Part shown: positions 23,535 to 33,318 of the stretch, one piece after another
Layout: each line of letters starts with the position of its first letter
Position numbering within the stretch: position 1 is the first letter of the stretch
Assembly: GCA_038087875.1 (NCBI GenBank)
Contig: JAXLNO010000145.1
Coordinates: 1 to 41,321, forward strand
Direction: 5' to 3'
DNA length: 41,321 bases
Source of the DNA: Malacoraja senta
Lineage: Eukaryota
Translations under genes and position numbers: made by a program
Notes under the pieces: generated by a model
The model's database searches: none
What the model saw: only the letters and a program-made list of their open reading frames with translations
Told to the model about the DNA's origin: nothing

Positions 23535-24445
23535 TGTAAGTTATTGGGGCAAATCCTCCAAAATTATGGAAGAACTTGGATAAGGACATGGACATTTTAA
23601 AAAGACAGATTTGCTGGCTGCAACGGAAAGACCCGCAATCCACAGAAAGAATCAACCCGTCTGGCCTGTGGACTTGGACATCACACAACGGTGTGAACAG
23701 GTAAGGCTGAGACGGAGATAACGAGATTTTCTTGGATACACAAAGGAAGGAACCAAGCCTCAGCAGACGGTGTTAAACTGGCTAGCAGAGCACTATCACC
23801 ATCGAGGATGATAACGATCAGGCTGAGGGATCATGACATCAGCAAACCCCTTATCATCGGAAGCCTATTGTTCATGCCAGATCGAAACTGGGAAACATCA
23901 AAAGAACCCCTTTTATCCAGAGGACCACCTGGGGGTTTCAAAGGAATCTCAGGTATAAAACAGGAGTCCAGCCAGAACTCGCGCTCTGCTCTTTTTGGCT
24001 CTTCCTGCTCTTCCTGCTCTCTTTCTGCTCTACTGGACAGCTCGTGAGCCTGCATCGACTTAGCTGTGAGTATCCTGGTGACCTGGAGAAATTCCCAAAA
24101 TAGGATAGGAGGTTGAGTAAATAAAGGGAAAGGGGAGTAAAATATTGTCAAAGTAAGTTTTACGACGTGCCCGATAATTTTCTTTCCATAGTTTTAGTTT
24201 AAAGCATAAGTTTAGTCACATATTATGTAGTGTTGGTGAGATTCGATTTCTTATTGTTTAATAAAGCCTGTAAATTTTAGACTTGCTTTGAGTCCGTCTT
24301 GGTTTCTGTTTTCTCTCATCAGCACGCTCTGGTCAAGTCAACCTCTTATCATATCCCACCATAATTCCGAGGTCTAGAACCTAGGGGAACCCCTTTTTTC
24401 GGGCAGTTGGGCCCGAAGTGGAGTAAAGGGAAATAAACCCCTACA
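23535..24445 (+). repeat. 3' LTR
   Basis: 911-bp copy of the 5' LTR, followed by TSD GGGC. Confidence 0.98.
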
Positions 24446-24799
24446 GGGCTAACAAGGTTGTAAAAGCTAGGACATGTTTCACCACAACAGAGAGGTTGGT
24501 ATTGGGAGGGGTACCGAAAATGGCTGACATTGGATTTGGAAGAATAGTCTGGTCGGAAGCTCTGCTTATCAATTCGAAAACACTCCTCCAAAAGGCTGCT
24601 AGCTTAGGGCAAGACCAAAACATATGGCTATGGTTAGTGGGAGATTGATTACATCTGTTGCAGGTGTCATTAACAGCTGGGTACATTCTAGCTAATCTTG
24701 CATTTGTGTAGTGGACTTTGTAAAGGACTTTGCATTGGATTAGGCCATGACGAGCACATATGGAAGAAGAATGGCATTTTGACACGTGCGGGGGTAGAT

Positions 24800-25225
24800 C
24801 CTACAAGAGCGGGGAGGCTGAGCGGGGAAGCTGAGAAGAGGAATCAGACCTGCCAAGGAAAGGAAGTTGAGGAGCAAGTTCTCAGCAAATGACTCTTCTT
24901 CAGTGTGGAAGGGCTTGCAAGAAATCACAAGCTACAAGAGGAGAAACCCCCACTCCTTGGACAATCGTCAGCTGACCAACGACCTGAACGAGTTCTACTG
25001 CAGGTTCAATAAACAGACACTTAACCCTGGTACCCCCACACTCCATCCCCAACCAACACTTCACACCTACTCACAGCTTAACTCCAGTTTGAAAAGACTG
25101 GACCCTTCACCACCTACTCCTCACAATCACCACTTCACACCTACTTAAAGCATGACTCCAGTCTGCAAAGACTGGACCCTTTCCCACGTAGCCCTCTCCA
25201 ATCACCACTTAACACCCACTTACAG
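24800..25225 (+). mobile_element. Internal fragment of Rex1 LINE (EN-RT linker)
   Basis: RSKFSANDSSSVWKGLQEITSYK matches 34940-35146 on the minus strand. Confidence 0.85.
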
Positions 25226-25390
25226 CCGGGTTTCGCCCCGGTGGTGTAAATTTTCTTGTTAGTTACAATAAAACGGCAAAGAAAAAGGCTGATTTGGGCA
25301 CTCAATCGTGAAAAAGACATTATCTTCCAGAAATCGTCCAAAAAAAGGCATGAAAAGGCACATGGCATTTATGGCAAAATCCTGGCTCTA

Positions 25391-26283
25391 AATCATAAAA
25401 CACAAAATACATGAAACATGAAATTAAAGTGACGAGTTGAAAGGATTGGGGATGTGCAAAGATTGGGGAGAGGTGGGAGAGGGGAGTCAGTCTACCCCAC
25501 GACAGAAAGGGGAGGAGTTGTACAGTTAGATAGCCACTGGGAAAAATGATCTCCTGTGGCGTACCGTACTGCATCTTGGTGGAACCAGTCTGTTGCTGAA
25601 GGTACTCCTCAAGTTGACCAGTGTGTCATGGAGGGGGTGAGCTGTAATGTTGAAGATGCTCCGCAGTTTGAGGTTCCTCCCCACAAGACCACGTTCCATG
25701 AAACCAACCCCGTCCCCAGGATGAAGCCAGCCTTCCTGATGAGTTTGTTTATCCAGGTCTTTGCCCTGCTGCCCCAGCACACGACAGCGAAGAAGATGGC
25801 ACTGGCTACCACCGATTGGTCAAACAGCTGCAGCATCTTACTGCAGATGTTGGAGGAGTGGAGCCTTCTCAAAAAGTACAGCCAGCTCTGTCCCTTCTTG
25901 TACAGGGCCTCAGTGTTCCTGGACCTGTCCGGTTTACTGTCCAGGTAAATTCCAAGGTATTTGTACTCCCTGGTAAACTGCACATTTACACCATTGATGG
26001 AGACAGGGGACAAGGGTGTTCCTCTCCTTCTAAAGTACACCACTAACTCCTTTGTCATGTCAGTGTTGAGCTGCGGGTGATTCAGCCCACACCACTCAAC
26101 AAAGTCATTGACTACACCTCTGTATTCAGCTTCCCTCACTGATGCAACCCACAATTGCAGTCATCTGAAAGCTTCTGCAGGTGGCTGGAGTCCGAGTTAT
26201 ATCTGAAGTCCGAGGTGTAGATGGTGAACAGGAAGGGAGAGAGGACCGTCCCCTGTGGGGCCCCTGTGTTGCTCACTACCATG
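25391..26283 (-). mobile_element. Rex1/Babar LINE, 5'-truncated, decayed
   Basis: GAPQGTVLSPFLF, KELVVYFRR, YKYLG, LYFLRRL, SAIFFAVVCWG. Confidence 0.9.
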
Positions 26284-26303
26284 GGCGTTTAAGGACAAAC
26301 CTT

Positions 26304-26958
26304 TGTCGTAGTTTAGGGACTCAGGGTTGGATAAGATGACACAGACACGGAAAATTCTTCAAGAAGACGAAAGTCTTTATTTGCAAATATTCGGCTGGTG
26401 CATTCAGAGACGACACCACCTGTCCGTTCTCTAATTGCTCTCCGATTCACAGAAACAAGCAGCTTTTTATTACAGTTTTTCATCCCTATCTCTGCTACAT
26501 TATCTTTCATGCTGTACTCCTCTTGCATCAATCTGTCTTTGATTCTAGTATTCTCTGTCTCGCCACCATTAACTTCCGACCTTGGTTCAGTCTTTACATT
26601 TCCCCTCATATCTCTTCCTCTTTCGGCCGCCCTCAAATTCCAAACTGTTACTTCTAATCTCCCAGCTATGTTTTAGCTAAAGCCAAGGTTACACCATTTT
26701 ATACTGTTACACACACCATTTTATGTTTAATACAAGGATATAAATGTATTTATTAAGAATACAAAGGTGCAAAAGTAAAAATAAGTAACTTGTTTAGTGC
26801 CTTGATTACTAGATAAATGATTTAATTAAGTGCTGCTAAATGGCTAACAATCACGTGAAGCTAAATAAAATAAGCTGATGTCTGATTACATAAAATAGCT
26901 GACATCTGCTGGCTATGATAAATGTTTTAATTAAGTGTTCCTCTATATAACTTCCATA
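26304..26958 (-). repeat. 3' LTR of ERV1-like provirus
   Basis: Direct repeat of 31889-32545; PPT adjacent at ~26961-26973. Confidence 0.96.
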
Positions 26959-27249
26959 TAACTCCCTCCTCTGAGACTCCACCGAGTCTCAACAGACAAA
27001 GAAAACCACACACACATCCCCCAGGTCAATTCACCCATAGAGCCCTAAAATGCAGGCTCTTTTAATTAAGTTAGTGTAATGCTATGTAGTGTTCTTTCTC
27101 TGTCTCCCTGGGAGACTGGGCCAAAAACCCACCACCATTACGTGAGGCAGGAAAGAAAAGATCCAGTTTCCCTTACAGACTTCGTTTAGCATTTTCCTAA
27201 CACTTCAGCTCCATTGTAGTAGTATTCTATCACCGAGGTCCATTTTCCT

Positions 27250-27590
27250 TTTCCTTGAGGGCCGAATTCGTCTTCACCCGTTATCATTGGTAGTTGCTTC
27301 AGTAGCACAGTAGAGACTTAATACAGGGAAAAACACAGCACAACATAATTGCCACTGCAAGTAGTATGACACCAATGGTCAAACCAATTTTAATCAGCCA
27401 TGGTCCCCAACCCCCCAACATGCTCTCCAACCACCCAAACGATTGATGTCTGAATCCTACGTTTCGTTTAACCTCACTCCTTAGGTTTTTAGCTTATCCA
27501 TGGCTTTAGTGAAAGACCCCTCCGGTCTATTATTATTAGGTATGAAGGTGAAGCATTGTTCCCCAAACAAGACACATACATCCCCTCATT
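27250..27590 (-). pseudogene. env: env TM remnant
   Basis: VCVLFGEQCFTFIPNN (decayed CX6CC) and a hydrophobic anchor IGLTIGVILLAVAIIVCCVFPC. Confidence 0.8.
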
Positions 27591-27789
27591 CGGACCTTAT
27601 TTACACCAGGCTCATAGTCACTAATGTCTCCAAAAAACTCACATTATCTTGTTAGAGCTCTGCTCTTCCCTCACTTCTTTGTCCTCCTGTTCACTTACCT
27701 CAGGGCTATTATCTAGTCTTACCTGCGGGACAGCCCTCATGTAAGGCTTGAGATGGTACCAGGTAGATCAACCTTCTACCTGAACAGCG

Positions 27790-29310
27790 GTGGGTGGTTC
27801 AGAAAGCTCATACATACACCTTGTCTCCAGGTTGAAAGGGTCCTTCCTCCTGGACCACCTCCAACTGCTTTTGCTTTGCCTGTGCATAAATAGACTTGTA
27901 TATCATAATTAACTGTTCCATATACTTGTTAAATTCTACCTCTAACTGTTCCAAACTCGGTCCCTTGTAGGGACCTCTCCATTGTGCCACCGGCATGGGT
28001 CGGCCAGTAAGCATCTCATGTGGTGTTTTGTGGGTTATTCGGTTAGTTTGCATGCAACATCTCTTCAGTACCAATGGCAGGGCATCGATCCAATTCAACT
28101 TTGTAGTTACACAAATCTTATTTATCTTATCCTTCAATGTTCCATTTATTCTTTCCACCATGCCCTGTGACTGCAGGTGTTACACACCCAAATCTGTGTT
28201 TTACTCTAAGGGCCTGTAGCACCAACTTGACTACTCTCTGAATGAAAACAATCCGTTGTCAAAGCTGATTCCTGTAGGTCTACCAAACCTCGGGATTACC
28301 TCATTCATCAGAAACTTTACTACAGTCCTTGCACCTAAATCTATCCACGCTTGCCCTAGATGTAATAACAGCTGATCATCCTCCAGATGCTGTTCTGGTT
28401 GCTTCGTCTGCACTTTGATTTCCCTTCTTATGTGCTTGGCATTTAATGACAGCTAGTGCCCCTGGCTTCATTATTGCCCTTATCAGGTCTGTACTTTACT
28501 AACTTTGCATGAGTTCTCCGTTGCTTTTCTCAAAGCCTTTCTGTTTCCCTACTGCTCCAAACATGTGACAGACCCCATGTACATATGCTTAGTCGGTATA
28601 AACTTCAGCTTTCTCACCTTCCCTCATGTCACATGCTGCTCTTAAAGCCTTAGTTTCTGCCAACTGAGCTGAGCAAGATTGCAGGCAAGCTTCCAATTTA
28701 ATTACCTTAAATTCTAATTCATCATGATGCGCCACTGCAAACCCTACATACTTGCTATTATGATCCCTTTAACAAGAAACATCCACAAGCAAAACCTTTT
28801 TGTCCCCTTCATTCAAAGTCTCTGACTGTAAAACATTTCTCAGACTTACAGTATATGTCCTTCTTCCTTCATTATTTTCCTTAATGACATCACAATTTCA
28901 ACATACTTTCCAATCTAGTCTGAACTATATCCTTCCATTCCCAAGATCATCATCATCTGTCCTATTATCTGAGGTTTGGAAGCTTCAATTATTGCTTCAA
29001 TTTGATCCTTCGGTATAGCTTTTACTTCTTTAGATATTACTCGTCCTAAATATTCTACCTGCTGCTGACAAAACAGCAACTTCTTCCTGGATACTTTATG
29101 ACCTCCTATGCCATCTTTTCCAAGAGAATTAAAATGTCTCGCTCACATTGCTTCTCACTTGTGGAACAAACCAACAAATCATTCACATACTGTATCAAAT
29201 ACTTTCTAAGGGTACACCTTCCAAATCTGCCTTTAACATCTGATTAAAAACATGGGGCTGGTATTTAAAACCCTGACGCATCCTAGCCTAGGTGTATTTA
29301 ATACCTCTTC
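27790..29310 (-). pseudogene. pol: pol remnants (partial RT, RNase H, integrase)
   Basis: QYVNDLL, GHKVSRKKL, SAQLAE, IPRFG, VERINGTLK, TPHEMLTGRPM. Many deletions and stops. Confidence 0.85.
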
Positions 29311-29349
29311 TTAATGTTCTTACCATAGCTATGTTCACCACTATCTTAA

Positions 29350-30450
29350 TATAATTATTATTATTTCCTGATTACCATACCTGTTCACATCCCCTACACA
29401 TTTTTTCTCTGCACCTCTTCCTGCTGGTCTGCAAGTCTTTTTCCTATCTTTTCGATATTTCTCGACCGCATGGACCAAATGATCGCTGAATCGGGGGTGG
29501 GACATAGATGACAATCCCACCACCTCCTCCAATCTAGACTTGACTTGAGGAGGAATGACATTCACCACAGTGGTTCAGAATATAGTGTTCATTAACTGGT
29601 TGCCTTCTATTTCTTGTTCAGTTTCGAGTCTCCACCTTTTCAGCTGGTTCTCCAAATAGGCTGCTGGATTATTTGTCTCCCAGTGGATCTCCCCTTTATT
29701 CCTTGGGGCCCACCTTAAGTGGGTAACATTGTCTTAGGGCCTGCCATACCCTCTGCCTGACTGTGTCAAACAGCATGCCATTGTTTATTGCATTATTCAC
29801 AGCATTTTTATACCAGCCATCTTTAGGAGTTCTGTCAGTTTAGTGGTTCCTATCACTTTCACCAACAGTGCCTTCAAATCTCCCATAGCCAATAAGCATC
29901 CCACGTTCTCCATCTCCAAAGCCCTAATCCATTTCCTTCCCCATCAGGAGTATTAGGTGAGGTGTTTTTTAGCCCTCTCAGTTTATGGGTGCCCCAAAGG
30001 GTAATCTGTGTCTGTCTTGCTCTTTTCTTTTTAAAGCAGTCTCATCAATTTATCCCTCTGCTTCCCACTTTAATCCTTTCTGGTATGCATTCTTTCTTAT
30101 TCTAAACTCAATTTCTTGCTTCTCAGATAGTTTAGCCTCCTTTGCAAATTCATTCACCTTCCTTTTAAAATCTTCCACTGTCTCCTCCTGATTTATTACT
30201 TTCACACCTGTCGTTTCCTACTTCTGTTGCCTCCTCACTGCCTCACTCTCCATTCTCTCTAAACTGCCTAAGTGCCTAAATTCCTTTCCTCTCCACTTTT
30301 CCCACCTTTCCAACTTATCTGTGGCCATATAATTCATAATTAACACTTCCATCTTGTCACACATTTATCTTGAAAGTGCCTTCCTTGGGCCACTTCCTCA
30401 CAATTTTTTTCTGAAAATCTCAGCAAACAATCATTAATTACCCTTCTCGA
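29350..30450 (-). pseudogene. gag: gag remnant
   Basis: KWPKEGTF matrix-like motif and IPPQVKSRLEEVVGL capsid C-terminus. Confidence 0.7.
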
Positions 30451-31865
30451 ACCATAATGTTTATCTAAACAAACCATAAAAGCTGGTCATGCTTCTGCAA
30501 TTAACTTATTTCCAATTATTTCAATCCATTCTCACCACTATTTTCAATTTCCAATTCCTAGTACTAGTAACAATTTTCCAAATTAACTTACTGAAAAGAA
30601 ATATGAAAGAAACATCAGAAAAACCAAGCAACCTACATTTTCCAACTTTCCCCTTTCAAGTTGAGAGGATTAGGCCATTAATTTAAGCATTAATCATTAC
30701 CTTACAGCTGTTCGTAACTTCCCCCATTGCTTACATTTCTTAAAGGGACACACACACCTACCCTTACAACATGTGGACTACAACAAACAAAGGACTTATC
30801 ACATATATGAACTTCCTCATTCATTCAAAACTGTTTTTTACACACAAATCACATTCATTCCATTCTTACTTCAAAGAAATTATGCAATTTTCTACACAGA
30901 TTAAAGTTTCAAAATTAACATTTATATAATTCTTATCTCCCCTTTTTTAAAGTTAAAGTAGGATGGTCTAATCCCCTATCCGTCAGGTTCATGAGTGCTG
31001 TGATTGGACATCTATTCAGATCGTGATTAGTCAGACTGACCGTCACTCAAATTCTAACCACACCCCACTAAGATCACAACCAATCAAACTCCTAGTCACT
31101 CAACATCTGACTACACCCCACTCCCATCAATCTCCAGACAAAGGGAGCACATTTCATCTTGATCTCTCAGCAGAGAGAATGCTGAGAGACCAAGCAGCAG
31201 AAAGAATGCAGCAAGTTTATCTCCACAAACAGTTAAGAAACTCAGTCCTTACACCTCCTCCGTCCTTGTAGTCACTATATTACCTTACACTTTTCTTATT
31301 ACTATTCTACTTTCTGCTATTCTACAATATGTTATCACTGTGTACACTGTTTCCATTACCCACTTATCTTAAATTCGTATTTTGCCCGTACGGCCCTCAG
31401 TCACCCAAGGCGTTATCCACAAAATACTTTATTCTGCCCGTACAAACCCCTGACCTCTCAGGTTGGTGTCCACAGAATACTTGCCTCGTCCGTGCAACCC
31501 CTGACCTCTCAGGGTGATATCCACAAGGTCTAAATAAACTCTTAATAATATCACATAATGCAATGCTGTACTTTCTTATCACAAATATTATTACTCACCA
31601 CACAGCGCAACCTTCTCGGACAATCCCCCGGGCCTTCTTTTTAGAACAATTTAGTGCCAGATTCTTGGGTCGGAGAGACCTTCTAACTACCTAAGCACTT
31701 CTGTGTCCCCAATGGCTTCCCATGTTCAACAGGTTATTAGTCCAAATGAAGCGGAAAATCGCATAATTTTGATGGGTGGCCACCCTTTTCCTGTTGTTCC
31801 TAGGAGCCACAGAGGGGCTGGGAAGCGCCCTGGGCTGTTTGTCTTTTAATTAACAGTCTTTTACC

Positions 31866-31884
31866 GACCCTGCTCGCAGCGCCA
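31866..31884 (-). promoter_or_regulatory. Primer-binding site, tRNA-Ser-like
   Basis: TGGCGCTGCGAGCAGGGT lies 4 nt inside the 5' LTR. Confidence 0.8.
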
Positions 31885-31888
31885 ATTT

Positions 31889-32545
31889 TGTTGTAGTTTA
31901 GGGACTCAGGGTTGGAGAAGATGACACAGACACGGAGAATTCTTCAAGAAGACGAAAGCCTTTATTTGCAAATATTCGGCTGGTGCATTCAGAGACAACA
32001 CCGCCTGTCCGTTCTCTAATTGCTCTCCGATTCACAGAAACAAGCAGCTTTTTATTACAGTTTTTCAGCCCTATCTCTGCTACATTATCTTTCATGCTGC
32101 ACTCCTCTTGCATCAATCTGTCTTTGATTCTAGTATTCTCTGTCTCTCCACCATTAACTTCCGACCTTGGTTCAGTCTTTACATTTCCCCTCATATCTCT
32201 TCCTCTTTCGGCCGCCCTCAAATTCCAAACTGTTACTTCTAATCTCCCAGCTATGTTTTAGCTAAAGCCAAGGTTACACACACCATTTTATACTGTTACA
32301 CACACCATTTTATTTTATACAAGGATATAAATGTATTTATTAAGAATACAAAGGTGCAAAAGTAAAAATAAGTAACTTGTTTAGTGCCTTGATTACTAGA
32401 TAAATGATTTAATTAAGTGCTGCTAAATGGCTAACAATCACGTGAAGCTAAATAAAATAAGCTGATGTCTGATTATGTAAAATAGCTGACATCTGCTGGC
32501 TATGATAAATGTTTTAATTAAGTGTTCTTCTATATAACTTCCATA
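31889..32545 (-). repeat. 5' LTR of ERV1-like provirus
   Basis: Copy of 26304-26958 with roughly 15 differences counted by eye. Confidence 0.96.
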
Positions 32546-32594
32546 CCCTCTGATATTCTTATCCTTGGTCGCTGTAGAATAGGCCTATTATATT

Positions 32595-32815
32595 GGTGGA
32601 AGGATGGTGAGTGTATGGAACAAGGTGTCAGAGGACGTAGTTGAGGCTGGGACTATCCCAACGTTTAAGAAACAGTTAGACAGGCACATGGATATGACAG
32701 GTTTGGAGGGATATGGACCAAATGCAGGTGGGATTAGAGTAGCTGGGACATGTTGGCTGGTGTGGGCAAGTTGGGCCGAAGGGCCTGTTTCCACGCTGTA
32801 TCACTCTATGACTTT
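32595..32815 (+). mobile_element. CR1 LINE 3' fragment
   Basis: Same family as 4830-5042 (VWNK..VVEAGTIPTFKKQLD). Confidence 0.9.
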
Positions 32816-33318
32816 ATGACAAAATAGCAGTGACCGCACATCCAAAATTGTGATCTATTCCAGCGGTGTCCTGTCAGTTATTAAGCTTTTGCTAATTCAA
32901 TCTTCTGTGATTGATCGGTCGGCCACTGGTAGGTGTGCCATCCCTACCACACATGTTGACCTTGCAGGATATTCAACACATGCTTGTTTTCAAGGGCCCT
33001 TAGTTCTTTGTTTTGACAATGTTGTAACGTTCTCGTTTGTTTCTCAGTAAAGTAAGTTGGCAGTGGCTCATTTGGTGCCCCCTCAGATCTCCAAGCAACA
33101 GGTTCTATGACACATTATTTATGTGTCTTTATCAGTACAGCACCTCTGCCCCACCAATCTGTGGAATTAAGTCTGCTTATCTACTATCACCCTGCTTCAT
33201 TTCAACTTTCATTTCAAATTTCATTTAACCTTTGGGTTATGACGAGAGTCAAGAGTGTTTTATTGTCATGTGTCCCAGATAGAACATTGAAATTCTTACT
33301 TGCTGCAGCACAACAGAA

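Larger units (their letters stand above)
16117..24445 (+). mobile_element. Endogenous retrovirus-like provirus (lokiretrovirus-like), 8329 bp
   Basis: 911-bp LTRs TGTA..TACA, 4-bp TSD GGGC, PBS, PR-RT-tether-RH-IN and env. The lineage call is by motif recognition only. Confidence 0.9.
15537..24775 (-). mobile_element. L1-clade LINE 3' fragment (15537-16116 + 24446-24775) split by the LTR provirus
   Basis: CNRC..HMFWSC zinc knuckle. The frame reads ...FTTLLA|RRLILLSW... across the GGGC TSD. T-rich 3' UTR with AATAAA. Confidence 0.9.
12088..25390 (-). mobile_element. hAT19/CGGBP-type DNA transposon (own sequence ~12088-12633, 14946-15536, ~25225-25390) with nested insertions
   Basis: TIR TAGAGCCAGGA...TCCTGGCTCTA. 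9-bp TSD AGTCATAAA/AATCATAAA (1 mismatch). AAAAGGCA subterminal repeats. Transposase remnants. Confidence 0.9.
26304..32545 (-). mobile_element. Epsilon/gamma-like (ERV1 class) provirus, internally deleted
   Basis: ~655-bp LTRs, PBS, PPT AGAGGAGGGAG, TSD CCTT/CCCT, and gag/RT/RH/IN/env remnants. Confidence 0.92.

Noticed and set aside
16117..24445. Calling the provirus an ordinary Gypsy/Ty3 retrotransposon
   Set aside because: The second RNase H and the spliced env-like ORF argue against it.
26313..26676. 107/92-aa ORFs duplicated at 31898-32261
   Set aside because: They lie in LTRs with no coding signature.
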